Positions 8,875 through 18,795 of a stretch of DNA of 30,808 nucleotides are shown in pieces. This DNA comes from Promethearchaeota archaeon (lineage in GTDB: Archaea > Asgardarchaeota > Thorarchaeia > Thorarchaeales > Thorarchaeaceae): positions 30,184 to 60,991 of the forward strand of contig JALVPN010000211.1 in assembly GCA_027031765.1 (NCBI GenBank), given 5' to 3'. Under the pieces are notes generated by a model. The model saw only the letters and a list, made by a program, of their open reading frames with translations. It had not been told where the DNA came from and did not search any database. Positions within the stretch are counted from its first letter, which is position 1; each line of letters opens with the position of its first letter. Both the position numbers and the translations under genes were made by a program.

Positions 8875-9963
8875 GTGACTGTGATAGGTTGTCTTCATGA
8901 CCAGGTCGATGGGTCGATAGAGAGTGTCGCAGCATGTCTGCTAGCCAAGCACCGGGGCAAGGCCATCCCAGTGCTCCATCTCCTCACTCGTGCTCTGAGT
9001 GACTTTTCATCCCGCGACTTGGAACTCGCACTCGGACATCTTGAGATGTCTGGCGACGTGTACATTGAACGCGCACCGCGAGTACAGGAGGACACGGTGG
9101 TCGGGCAGGGCATCCGGTCAACTGATATTGTCTTCTTTGATACGTTCCCGACCATTCTCAGGAAGTCGCTCCTCTACAAGACCGGGGTCGAATATGGAGA
9201 CTTCACAATCAACCATGTGCTTGGTTGTGCGCATGGTTGTAGATATCCCTGCTACGCGATGGTGTTGGCCAAGCGCTATGGCCGTGTGAAAGACTATGAC
9301 GACTGGAAACACCCCCGTATTGTGGGCAACGCGTTGGAACTGCTGGAACGCGAAATCCCCAAGTACCGGAGAAGAATTCGGTCTGTCCACCTCTCGTTCA
9401 CCACAGACCCGTTCATGTACGACGCTGTCAACAAGAGGGTGTTCCCCTGGGTCAAAGACCTGAGCCTCAGAATCATCGCCCGTCTGAACCGCGAGGACAT
9501 CCGGGTGACTACACTTACGAAGGGCCTCTGTCCATTTGAGCTGACTCACGAGGTGTACTCGCGCGACAACGAGTACGGTATCTCCCTAGTTTCACTCGAC
9601 TCATGGTTCCACGGCAAGTATGAACCATTCTCTGCACCGCCGGAGAAACGTGTCCTTGCCCTCAGGCGGCTCCACGACGCAGGGCTCAAGACCTGGGTGA
9701 GCATCGAGCCCTATCCGACACCGAACATTATCGAACAGGACCTCGAGTTTCTGCTTGAGAAGATAGCATTCGTGGACAAAATGATTTTTGGACGTTGGAA
9801 CTACAATGGTCTTGCCGACTCGTATCAAGGTGTCACCGAGTTCTATGTCATGTGTTCAGACATGGTCGTCCAGTTCTGTAGAGAACACGGCATCACCTGT
9901 TATATCAAGAAAAGGACGCCACAGAGCAGCAAGACCACACGCAGCATATTCTCTGTCCAATAG
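8875..9963 (+). CDS. Radical SAM protein (spore-photoproduct-lyase-like / DNA-repair-associated clade) with an N-terminal wHTH-like extension
   Basis: NHVLGCAHGCRYPCYA (Cx3Cx3C variant of the [4Fe-4S] motif), SFTTDPF, LTKG and WVSIEP motifs typical of SPL-like radical SAM proteins. About 90 extra N-terminal residues. Confidence 0.9.
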   Translation: MTVIGCLHDQVDGSIESVAACLLAKHRGKAIPVLHLLTRALSDFSSRDLELALGHLEMSGDVYIERAPRVQEDTVVGQGIRSTDIVFFDTFPTILRKSLLYKTGVEYGDFTINHVLGCAHGCRYPCYAMVLAKRYGRVKDYDDWKHPRIVGNALELLEREIPKYRRRIRSVHLSFTTDPFMYDAVNKRVFPWVKDLSLRIIARLNREDIRVTTLTKGLCPFELTHEVYSRDNEYGISLVSLDSWFHGKYEPFSAPPEKRVLALRRLHDAGLKTWVSIEPYPTPNIIEQDLEFLLEKIAFVDKMIFGRWNYNGLADSYQGVTEFYVMCSDMVVQFCREHGITCYIKKRTPQSSKTTRSIFSVQ

Positions 9964-10592
9964 AGAGTGTTACGGCCCTTCGGAGAGAAGGTCATGTTGA
10001 ATCCGCACGGGTCAACATGAGACCTCCGTTCCAACAATACTGGGTAGGCCCCTCACTCACACTCAGACCTGCTGCCATCAGGTTGAAGACCACTCATCAA
10101 GGACATGAACTACATGAAGGGTTCGGGATTGATAGTGGGGACTGACCAGGGCCTTCTGGTAGCCACCGCGACTGTCCGGACGCACCACCAGCAGAGCAAA
10201 CGATAGGGCGACCGCGAGCAGCCCGACCTAGAGGACGGAGTCCAGCTCCTGAAGAGAGTCGTCCAAATCCCCTAGACGGGTAACAGTGCGTATGGCTGGC
10301 TCCCGTACTGCCACTGGGGTCTCAATACGAAGGGAGCCTCCGCGTGAAACCGTGTCATTGTCAGCCCATGTCCTACCGGACTCGAGAGATGCGTGCCAAT
10401 AGAGCGACTTGGACTCGCCAGACCAGCGAGAGGCATTGTGTGGAGCGTTGGCGCAGCCCGTAGCGTGCGGTAGAGGAAACCGGACACTCGGCTCTGACCG
10501 CCACGCCTGTCTTGGCACGTACGCTTACTGTATCCGATCCGTACTACCGGACTCGCTCTTTCGAGTGGGACAGTTTAACACACAGGCCGCTT

Positions 10593-10611
10593 GCAAAGCA
10601 ACATATTTAAG
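10593..10611 (+). promoter_or_regulatory. BRE/TATA-like promoter for dppDF (GCAAAGcaacaTATTTAAG)
   Basis: An AT-rich box with a purine-rich upstream element in a GC-rich background, about 80 nt before the dppD ATG. Confidence 0.45.
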
Positions 10612-10691
10612 CCCACCAAGTGGCTTCGACTTCTCGGAATAGTTGGCGACTATGCCATGTCCGCACGAGAGCTCCCGCGGAGAAACGAGTC

Positions 10692-11681
10692 ATGCCTTTG
10701 CTGGACATCAGAAACCTCAGGATGTATTACAGTACCCAGAAGGGTCTCGTCAAGGCCGTTGACAATGTGTCACTGACGCTTGAGGCCGGCGAGTCAATCG
10801 GACTGGCTGGCGAGTCAGGTTGTGGGAAGAGCAGCTTGGCCTATTCGATAATGCAGCTCTTGCCCCCAGCAGCAAACATTGTGGGCGGGAACATCTACTT
10901 CAAGGGAGAGGACCTCCTGCAGAAGTCGGCACGGGAGATGCGTGACATCCGCTGGAAGAATGTGGCCATCGTCTTTCAGGGAGCGATGAACGCACTGAAC
11001 CCTGTGTTCGAGATTGGAGAACAGATTGCAGAGGCCATCCTCATGCACGAGAACGTGACAGAGGAGGAGGCCCTTGACAGGTGCGCAAAGCTCTTTGAGA
11101 TGGTAGGCCTCGACCCCGAGCGCATCCACAACTACCCACACGAGTTCTCAGGAGGGATGCGACAGAGGGCGATGATAGCCATGGCCCTCGCGTGTAACCC
11201 AGACCTTGTGATTGCGGACGAGCCCACGACCGCACTCGACGTCACAATCCAAGCGCAGATCCTGAAGCTCATGCAGAGGCTCCAGAGAGACCTGGGCCTG
11301 TCACTGATACTGATCACGCACGACTTGAGCGTCATTGCGGAAACGTGTGACAAGACCGCAATCATGTATGCCGGCCGCATCGCGGAGCTCGCAGACGTTG
11401 TGTCGATATTCAAAGACCCCATCCACCCGTATGCCACCGGGCTGGTCGGGGCAATCCCAAGCATGGTGAAGGCAGAAAAGCGGAAACTGACATCAATCCC
11501 GGGCTCACCCCCAGACCTCATCCAGCCGCCGACCGGGTGCAGGTTCCACCCACGCTGTCCCTACGCAGAGGACATTTGCAAACGCGAGGAGCCACCCTTT
11601 GAGGAGATTGAGCCCGGCAGGTTCGTAGCGTGCCACCTTGCAGAGAGGCTCAAAGGACGACTGACGGTAGACCTAGAGTAG
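10692..11681 (+). CDS. dppD: Peptide ABC transporter ATPase DppD/OppD
   Basis: Walker A GESGCGKS; signature FSGGMRQR; Walker [11 protein letters not shown]; C-terminal oligo_HPY region (HPYA...GCRFHPRC). Start taken as the ATG at 10692. Confidence 0.97.
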   Translation: MPLLDIRNLRMYYSTQKGLVKAVDNVSLTLEAGESIGLAGESGCGKSSLAYSIMQLLPPAANIVGGNIYFKGEDLLQKSAREMRDIRWKNVAIVFQGAMNALNPVFEIGEQIAEAILMHENVTEEEALDRCAKLFEMVGLDPERIHNYPHEFSGGMRQRAMIAMALACNPDLVIADEPTTALDVTIQAQILKLMQRLQRDLGLSLILITHDLSVIAETCDKTAIMYAGRIAELADVVSIFKDPIHPYATGLVGAIPSMVKAEKRKLTSIPGSPPDLIQPPTGCRFHPRCPYAEDICKREEPPFEEIEPGRFVACHLAERLKGRLTVDLE

Positions 11682-11695
11682 GAGGCCGGTGAACA

Positions 11696-12757
11696 ATGGT
11701 AGTTGAACACAGTGAACTGCTTTCGAGTACAGTAGAAATAAGGAAGGGAGAGCCACTCGTCAGGGTCAGGGACATGAGAAAATGGTTCCCTGTGAACACG
11801 GGTTTCCTGTCCTCGCTCCTCTACAAGCAGGAGCTGTTCGTGAGGGCCGTGGACGGTGTTTCCTTCGACATCCTGAAGGGCGAGGTCCTGGTGCTTGCCG
11901 GTGAGTCGGGTTGTGGAAAGACCACCACCGGCCGGTGTGTGCTCTATCTCGAAGAGCCCACGGACGGTCATGTGATCTACGCTGGACAAGACCTGGGCAC
12001 ACTGGACAGGCACGAGATGAAGGAGCTCCGCAAGCGGATGCAGATAACTTTCCAGGACCCGTACGAGTCGCTGAACCCCAAACAGAGCATCTACAGCATC
12101 GTTTCAGAGCCGCTTGTCGTCCACAAGATCCCACTGACCCCGAGTCAGAAACGAGAGAGGGTCTTGGAGGCACTGGAACATGTCGCACTTACACCCGCAG
12201 CGGACTACATCGACAGGTACCCACACGAGCTGTCCGGCGGTCAGAGGCAAAGGATTTCAATCGCAAGGGCCCTCATCCTGAGCCCCGAGTTCATGGTCGC
12301 TGACGAGCCCGTGTCCATGCTCGACGTCTCAATCCGTGCAGAAATCCTCAACCTCCTGCTCGACCTCAAGGACGAGATGGATCTCACATACCTCTTCATC
12401 ACACACGACCTCGCTGTCGCCACGTACATTGCTGACAGGATTGGCATCATGTACCTCGGCAAGATAGTTGAGATTGGGCCGGCCCACGATGTGGCCTTCA
12501 GTCCACAGCACCCGTACACAAGGGCGCTGATATCGGCAGTACCGTCCGGTGACCCGACCGTAAAGAGGCGTGTCGAGTCCCTCAAGGGGGAGCCACCGAG
12601 CCCAATCAACGTCCCACCAGGGTGCAGGTTCCACCCGAGGTGTCCGTATGCTCAGGACATCTGTTCACGTGAGGCCCCCGAGGAGAGGGACATCGGCAAC
12701 AACCATATTGTTGCGTGTCACTTTGCAGGGGAGTTCGGCGACTCCCCAATAGCATAG
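11696..12757 (+). CDS. dppF: Peptide ABC transporter ATPase DppF/OppF
   Basis: [30 protein letters not shown]...GCRFHPRC. Starts 14 nt after dppD with a GGAGG RBS. Confidence 0.97.
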   Translation: MVVEHSELLSSTVEIRKGEPLVRVRDMRKWFPVNTGFLSSLLYKQELFVRAVDGVSFDILKGEVLVLAGESGCGKTTTGRCVLYLEEPTDGHVIYAGQDLGTLDRHEMKELRKRMQITFQDPYESLNPKQSIYSIVSEPLVVHKIPLTPSQKRERVLEALEHVALTPAADYIDRYPHELSGGQRQRISIARALILSPEFMVADEPVSMLDVSIRAEILNLLLDLKDEMDLTYLFITHDLAVATYIADRIGIMYLGKIVEIGPAHDVAFSPQHPYTRALISAVPSGDPTVKRRVESLKGEPPSPINVPPGCRFHPRCPYAQDICSREAPEERDIGNNHIVACHFAGEFGDSPIA

Positions 12758-12858
12758 CGGCCCTGTGTGTTCACAACGGACAGGCCCGACCGTATGTGTC
12801 AGGGTGGCAGTGACATCACCCACATAGCGAGAGTTGTACGTAGTTGGGAGTGAGCCAC

Positions 12859-13299
12859 GTGGCAGGTGACGAGGCCGACAGACAGAGGGTACTACGTGCC
12901 ATCAAGAGGTGCCTGTCGGATGCCTACGAGTTCTTCCAGGAGGCGATGGACACACTGGACGAGATTGGCCGCGTGCCCATAGGAGCGGGCATTACACCAT
13001 TTGTCGGCGGTCATCTGATACGAAGCCCCAAGGAGCACTACAGGAGGGCCCTCATCAAACTCGACGCTGCAGAGCGTGCCCTCAGACCCCTGTTGACCAG
13101 GTTCAGAGACGGCCGGGTCAACGCATCACACTTCACTACAGAGGAGGCGCTCGTACGCATGAGGGATCTTGCCGAGTTCGATTTTTCAGTCCTGATAAGG
13201 CTGCTCGCTGAACGACGGGGGCGGGACTCTGTATGGTACCGGATGAGAGAGCTCTGTGACCTCATAGAACGTGTGTTCGACGATGTTGCAGAGGACTGA
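12859..13299 (+). CDS. Hypothetical all-alpha protein (about 146 aa)
   Basis: Amphipathic helical pattern; GTG at 12859 preceded by GGAGTGAG. No family recognised. Confidence 0.7.
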   Translation: MAGDEADRQRVLRAIKRCLSDAYEFFQEAMDTLDEIGRVPIGAGITPFVGGHLIRSPKEHYRRALIKLDAAERALRPLLTRFRDGRVNASHFTTEEALVRMRDLAEFDFSVLIRLLAERRGRDSVWYRMRELCDLIERVFDDVAED

Positions 13300-13464
13300 T
13301 GCCAGTACGGGGGTACGGGACGGTATGGGAGTGCATGGTGGGCCTCGTATGACACCAGCGGCCACAAGACCTGCCCCCACTGTCAACCGTGCGTCCAAGA
13401 CCACCCAGAAACACGAATACTTTGGTCCTTGGCGATGTCCACTTCGACAGTATGAGATTCTGAT

Positions 13465-13480
13465 AGCAAAGGTATAAATG
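13465..13480 (+). promoter_or_regulatory. BRE/TATA-like promoter (GCAAAGgTATAAAT) upstream of DUF92
   Basis: Good TATA match, with the same GCAAAG upstream element as the dppD promoter candidate. Confidence 0.4.
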
Positions 13481-13601
13481 GGGTGCCGCGGGCCTTCTGG
13501 TATTAGAAGGGATGAATACCATCCGTTATATGATGATAGAACATTGATGGCCATGAAACAGCGACCTTGGCAGACCACGCCGGACAGGGATGTGTTGGTG
13601 G

Positions 13602-14510
13602 ATGATGAGCATAGTTACGCACCCGGTGGTGTCAGGACTACTAGTAATGTGCCTAATTGGTGCACTGAGCTACAAACTGGGCTTCGTCGACATATCAGGA
13701 CTCGTCAGTGCGTTCATTGTTGGTTTCACTGTCTGGTATACGGGCGGGCCACCTGCGTTCACACTCCTCCTCTTCTTCTTCATCAGTGCCGGTCTGGCCA
13801 CGAAGTTCAAGTACAAGGTGAAGGCCGAACGGGGGCTGGCACAAGAGAGCAAGGGGAAGCGCTCCTGGAAGAACGTGATGGCCAGTGGGGCAATCCCCAT
13901 GTTATTCTCAATACTGATGTACCTGTCACCAGTGCTCGGCCTGAACCCCTACTGGATGTTGGGGGGCTTCATCGGTGCGGTTGCGACCACAACCGCTGAC
14001 ACCCTTGCAAGTGAAATCGGTGTCTTCAGTTCCAAGAAGCCAAGACTGATCACAAACCTGCGGAGGAAGGTCCCGCGGGGGACAATCGGCGCGGTTTCGC
14101 TGCTCGGGGAGGCAGTGGCTGCTATGTCGGGACTTCTCCTCGGAGCCATCGTGGTCATTTTCCACCTCTTTGCACCCGGCTCGGTACCAATCCAGAATGC
14201 CACCGAACTGTTGCTGATTGTCCCGCTCTCAGTGTTGACCGCCTTCATAGGCTGCAACCTCGACAGCCTGTTCGGGGCCCTCGTCCAGAACAGGTTCGTC
14301 TGTGAAATCTGTGGGGCAATAACGGACAAGGAGTTCCACTGTGACTACGAGACCAAGTACATAGGAGGGTTCAAGAGGTTCACGAACATGCATGTGAACT
14401 TGGGCTCCTCTGGTATGGGGGCAGCCCTTGGGGTCGTACTTGGTGCTGGCCTCTTTGTGTGGATACTGGGAGGGCTCTTCCTCTGGATTGTTGCTTCATC
14501 GAGCAACTAG
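13602..14510 (+). CDS. DUF92 / TMEM19 family membrane protein
   Basis: Motifs K...G.RSWKNVMASG, ATTTADTLASEIG, GAVSLLGE and DSLFGA, with a C-terminal CEICG...HC element. Confidence 0.92.
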   Translation: MMSIVTHPVVSGLLVMCLIGALSYKLGFVDISGLVSAFIVGFTVWYTGGPPAFTLLLFFFISAGLATKFKYKVKAERGLAQESKGKRSWKNVMASGAIPMLFSILMYLSPVLGLNPYWMLGGFIGAVATTTADTLASEIGVFSSKKPRLITNLRRKVPRGTIGAVSLLGEAVAAMSGLLLGAIVVIFHLFAPGSVPIQNATELLLIVPLSVLTAFIGCNLDSLFGALVQNRFVCEICGAITDKEFHCDYETKYIGGFKRFTNMHVNLGSSGMGAALGVVLGAGLFVWILGGLFLWIVASSSN

Positions 14511-14840
14511 CACGGAGAACAGTGCCCACCACCAGCAAGGCGACCAGCCCGTAGCAGACAACAGCAACAGCAGTACAGAGGACAGGCCGGTCACACTCAT
14601 GCTCGGGGCAGCACGGCACATACTCAACACCATGGTGCGTGCTGCATCCCATGGCCCTTGACGTGCGTGACGGGGCAGGGCATCGTGTTGACCCGGGGAC
14701 GTCGCACGCACTGACAGTCACACCCAGTCCCGGACATAGACAGGCAGGGCACATCTGGCAGCACGAATAAATGGTCATTCTACCAGCCAGTACAGGCCCG
14801 ACCTACTAGAAATCCCGACACACAAAGACCACTGGAGACA

Positions 14841-15671
14841 ATGCACATGTCTGACCTGAGCAAGTCTACCGCATATGCATGGGCCCTGACGGGCCTCTTT
14901 GCAGCCATACACTTTGACCTAGCGCTCATGCCTGCAGTCCCGACCATTGGGGTCGAGGGCTCCATATCGCTGGGCCTGGTGAGCGCACCCCTTACGGGGT
15001 TCCTCCTCGGGCCCATGTATGGCACCGTCGCTGTCCTGATTGCATCATTCATAGCAACGGCAGCAAACCCCGCTATTGCAGCTGCAGGCCCGCTCACCCC
15101 GGTAGCAACGGCCACAGGTGCACTGAGTGCAGGGCTGCTGCGGACGGGCCGGGTACGTGAGACCACACTGCTCTATGTGGCCACACTGTGCCTGTACCTC
15201 ATAAGCCCGGTAGGCATGCTGTTGCCGGCGTTCATTTGGTTTGACACTATTGGGCTCGGCGTCCTCCTGGTCGTGCAGGTACCACCCGTAAGACAGAGGA
15301 CGGTCGAGGTACTCAGCTTTGAGGGACATCACCGCCCTTGGGCCACAGTACTGACAGTCTGGGCCATCGTCTTCGTTGCCGTACTCGCAGACCAAGCGAT
15401 GGGATCCGCCATTGCCGCATTCCACTACGTCTACATAGTAAGGGTGCCGAGCGACGGGCTCGCACCATTCTACGCTCTCGCAATGTTCGTATACCCGGTA
15501 GAGAGGGCAATCGCCTCCATAGCATGCGCCCTCGTCACAGTCCCCATCGCAGGGGTCGTGTTCCGCGAGTTCCACGAGTTCAGGGAGTTCGCGTCCGGCA
15601 CATCCGGCTCCCAAGGGGGCACCCCACAGGATGCCATAGAGCAGGCGGCAGAAACGGCAGCCGAAGAATAG
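14841..15671 (+). CDS. ECF transporter S-component-like membrane protein
   Basis: Multi-TM; APLTGFLLGPMYGTVAVLIASFI motif; C-terminal YPVERAIAS. Confidence 0.8.
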   Translation: MHMSDLSKSTAYAWALTGLFAAIHFDLALMPAVPTIGVEGSISLGLVSAPLTGFLLGPMYGTVAVLIASFIATAANPAIAAAGPLTPVATATGALSAGLLRTGRVRETTLLYVATLCLYLISPVGMLLPAFIWFDTIGLGVLLVVQVPPVRQRTVEVLSFEGHHRPWATVLTVWAIVFVAVLADQAMGSAIAAFHYVYIVRVPSDGLAPFYALAMFVYPVERAIASIACALVTVPIAGVVFREFHEFREFASGTSGSQGGTPQDAIEQAAETAAEE

Positions 15672-15677
15672 TGGTCA

Positions 15678-15884
15678 ATGTCTGCAAGGAATGCGGACTG
15701 GAAGGACACACAGGGCCGCCACAGCGGACACCACAGTCCCAAGAAGAGCGGGGCAGTAGTCCCGCCAAGGGGCTGCTACGTGGAACCTATAGAGGGGCCC
15801 GACAGCGGGAATGCCCACACCCTTGTGCTTGTGACTGCCACAGAGGACTCCCGACCAGTGTGGCCTTTCGAGCCGGAGTGCTGA
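15678..15884 (+). CDS. Possible small hypothetical protein (68 aa)
   Basis: ATG 6 nt after the ECF stop with GTGGT upstream. No recognisable family. Confidence 0.25.
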   Translation: MSARNADWKDTQGRHSGHHSPKKSGAVVPPRGCYVEPIEGPDSGNAHTLVLVTATEDSRPVWPFEPEC

Positions 15885-16288
15885 ACCCCCAACAGGCCAT
15901 AGACCACTCTCCTGTGACCGCGGCACGGCTGCACGGGGGAGCGCACCAACACAATGTTGCCGACCGGCGCGCACGTTGTTGACGACGACACCCTCACGAC
16001 CATTGTCAGGTCGGCGTGGTAGCGGAAAGATAGAGAGGACGCCCTGGCCCCAGACCGCCGTTCACATACACCGCCGGTACGGTTCCAGCCCGCATACAGT
16101 TGCCCCACATGCACACTAGAAATGGGTATCACTACTACACTCCTGCACCCACCCATCCACATAGGCACCGTCACGTCGCCACACTGAACAGAACCCATAT
16201 AATGCTGCAGGACATGGCCCGCTCACGTCCTCACAGTGGGCAGTCCCCTAGAACATGGCTGCCCTGACGAGGAGGAAACAGGAGAGTC

Positions 16289-16807
16289 TTGCTAGACACA
16301 GTGCACCTCACACCCCTATGGCTACTCATGGCCAGCGTATTCGCGCTCTTCCTGCTACTGTTCATAGGTAGCAGTATCAAGGTGCTCAGAGAATATGAGC
16401 GTGCTGCCGTCTTCCGACTGGGCAGGTTCAGGGCGGTCAAGGGTCCTGGGACCATATTCGTCATCCCGGTCATAGACCGCATGGTAATGGTGACACTACT
16501 GACACAGTCACTCACCATCGCTGGACAGATGCAGACCAGCGACCGCATCAGTGTCAACGTCAGGGCGGTAGTACAGTTCAAGGTTGTCGATGTCGAGCGG
16601 GCCGTGCAGGGTGCAAAGGACTACATTGAGGCAATCAGGGTGGTCGCACTGGAGGCCCTGAGAGACACAGTGGAGGCCACATCCTATGACAGTCTCGTCA
16701 TGGACAGGGAACTGGTTGCCAGCCGCCTCCAAGAAACAACTGCTGAGCGGCTTGAGCCCCGAGGGCTGAGAGTGGGCAGCGCTGCACTTGAGGTAGAGTC
16801 GACATGA
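16289..16807 (+). CDS. SPFH/band-7 (stomatin-like) protein lacking the C-terminal helical tail
   Basis: TM segment, then IKVLREYERAAVFRLGRF...KGPG. Ends at SAALEVEST, where the downstream paralog continues into the AQAERERRA helix. Confidence 0.88.
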   Translation: MLDTVHLTPLWLLMASVFALFLLLFIGSSIKVLREYERAAVFRLGRFRAVKGPGTIFVIPVIDRMVMVTLLTQSLTIAGQMQTSDRISVNVRAVVQFKVVDVERAVQGAKDYIEAIRVVALEALRDTVEATSYDSLVMDRELVASRLQETTAERLEPRGLRVGSAALEVEST

Positions 16808-17036
16808 CCCGACTGCGCACCGGGCACACATGAAATGGTGCGATGACCAGACCAGTCCTAGGGAGTACCCGACGGCCACGCACCGGGAGATACCAGGAAC
16901 GGCGTGTGAGACCGTCGGATGCACGATGATGGCCAAGCTTCATATGCGTTCAAGCTCCAGACTGGACTGGAAGAGGCCTAGGAATGGGCTGTCTTCCGGA
17001 CAACAAAGTGGTTGAACACGAGGAGAAGACACGAAG

Positions 17037-17867
17037 TTGCAGCTAGTAGGAGACACCACAGGCCTCTGGTTACTACTGGCCGTTGTCGTAGCCATTCTTG
17101 TGCGCACGTTCATCGTGAGCGGCATCAAGGTGCTCAAAGAGTGGGAGCGCGTTGCAATACTCCGGCTCGGTAAGTTCAAGGGCATCAAGGGCCCTGGAAT
17201 AATCTGGATCTTCCCGATGCTGGACAAGATAGCAATGAAGGTCTCAAAGAGGCTCCTGACGTACGCCTTCAAGACTGAGAGGTCACTGACACGCGACAAT
17301 GTGCCGGTCGTCGTAGACGCTGTGATGTACTTCAAAGTCATCGATGAGGAGAAGGCCATCCTTGAGGTCGAGCGCTATACTGTAGCTGTCGAGCTCGCCG
17401 CGCAGACGACCCTGAGGGAAACAATCGGCAAGGTGACACTCGACGAGCTCCTCTCTGAGAGGGAACAGATTGCCGTTCACCTCCAGGAACTGATTGACGA
17501 GAAGACCGAACACTGGGGTGTCAAGGTGACCAGTGTCGAGATACGGGACGTGGTAATCCCGTCAGCACTCCAGGACGCCATGAGCCGGGAGGCCCAGGCC
17601 GAGCGGGAGCGCCGTGCAAGGATTACGCTGGCCCAGGCCGAGCTTGAGGCTGCAGAGAGCATGTTGCAGGCCGCAAAGAAGTACGAGGAGTCGTCTGTCG
17701 GCTTCGTCCTGCGGACCTGGAACATAATGCAGGAGATCTCAAAGAACGCGAACCTCATCATCATGGTGCCGACGAACATCCCGGAGGTCGGACTTGCAGC
17801 AGGGACCGCAACAGCGCTGACCGCAGGGACCGGTGGCGTCAGGGTGCCCAACAGGGGGAGCGAGTAG
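17037..17867 (+). CDS. Full-length SPFH/band-7 (stomatin-like) protein
   Basis: IKVLKEWERVAILRLGKF..IKGPG, TRDNVPVVVDAV, VEIRDVVIP..LQDAMSREAQAERERRA. Confidence 0.96.
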   Translation: MQLVGDTTGLWLLLAVVVAILVRTFIVSGIKVLKEWERVAILRLGKFKGIKGPGIIWIFPMLDKIAMKVSKRLLTYAFKTERSLTRDNVPVVVDAVMYFKVIDEEKAILEVERYTVAVELAAQTTLRETIGKVTLDELLSEREQIAVHLQELIDEKTEHWGVKVTSVEIRDVVIPSALQDAMSREAQAERERRARITLAQAELEAAESMLQAAKKYEESSVGFVLRTWNIMQEISKNANLIIMVPTNIPEVGLAAGTATALTAGTGGVRVPNRGSE

Positions 17868-17899
17868 CGGGTCCACCTGCATAGTGAGAGGAGAGGACA

Positions 17900-18625
17900 A
17901 TGGACGCGTGGGTCAAAATACTAGTCGTCCTGCTGATGATGACGGCCCTGAGCATGGTCATGACGTACCTGCTCATTGACCCCTTCATTGCACTGATACT
18001 CATGGGCGTCATCCTGACCATGCTTGTGATGACCGTCGAGCCGGCATCAGGAAAGGCAATGGCCCAAGTGATTGTCCCCATCATCATCCTACTGTTCGTC
18101 CTAGAAATCTTCATGAACCCCAACGTGGACTACAGCAGCAACCTCTGGATGCTAGTGCTCATCGGTGTTGTGCTCTACTTCATGTTCACCATCTTCACAG
18201 GTGGTGGCACTTTTGGAGGCGGCTCGTTCATTGATGCCAAGGTCGCACTGAAGCTATTCCCATTCTATGGGATTGCAGTGTTCCTGGCGGTACTCATCGA
18301 CCCGAGCGGGAAACTGCCAATATACCTCATGGCAGGGACAGTCCTGTGCCTCATGGCCGTGTACTTTGTGTTCCTCAGAGACTACGAGAACTGGCCGCAG
18401 TACGTCTACGGCACGCCCCGCAAGGTCGTGGCCATCACAGACCTGGACCCGAGGGGAAAGGTCAAGTCTGGTGCAGAGCTCTGGTGGGCCAGGGCCGTTG
18501 GGGAGCCGATCTCAGCAGGCGAGGAGGTCGTTGTGGTGGGGCTGACAGGGTTCACGATGCTGGTGGACAAGCTCGACAGTCCGAGGCTGTCAGGCCCATC
18601 ATTCGAGACGACAGGGCAGACCTGA
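17900..18625 (+). CDS. NfeD-like (stomatin operon partner) membrane protein with a C-terminal OB fold and no protease domain
   Basis: Multiple TM helices, then VVAITDLDPRGKVKSGAELWWARA..PISAGEEVVVVG (NfeD C-terminal pattern). Directly downstream of stomatin. Confidence 0.88.
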   Translation: MDAWVKILVVLLMMTALSMVMTYLLIDPFIALILMGVILTMLVMTVEPASGKAMAQVIVPIIILLFVLEIFMNPNVDYSSNLWMLVLIGVVLYFMFTIFTGGGTFGGGSFIDAKVALKLFPFYGIAVFLAVLIDPSGKLPIYLMAGTVLCLMAVYFVFLRDYENWPQYVYGTPRKVVAITDLDPRGKVKSGAELWWARAVGEPISAGEEVVVVGLTGFTMLVDKLDSPRLSGPSFETTGQT

Positions 18626-18634
18626 ACAGAGTGA

Positions 18635-18674
18635 GCGGGCCACATGCCCGCACCCCCCTCTCTTTTTCTTCTTT
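18635..18674 (+). terminator. Hairpin plus pyrimidine/T tract after nfeD
   Basis: GCGGGC-N5-GCCCGC (18635-18651), then ACCCCCCTCTCTTTTTCTTCTTT. Confidence 0.7.
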
Positions 18675-18795
18675 GAAGGACAGTTCCCAGTCAGCACACC
18701 AGTACGACTCGACTGACGGCGGTGGTCATGACATCTTGGCAGTCCGCGGCGGTTATTGGCTGGCACCACATGCTGTGGTCAAGGGACTGTCCTGC

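Noticed and set aside
9964-10691. Possible pseudogene fragments (e.g. RPLIKDMNYMKGSGLIVGTDQG; DLEDGVQLLKRVVQIP) and the 96-aa minus-strand ORF
   Set aside because: I could not tie the fragments to any family; a tBLASTn search would be needed.
14380-14778. ORFs between DUF92 and the ECF S-component
   Set aside because: Conflicting overlapping frames with no convincing start signal or family.
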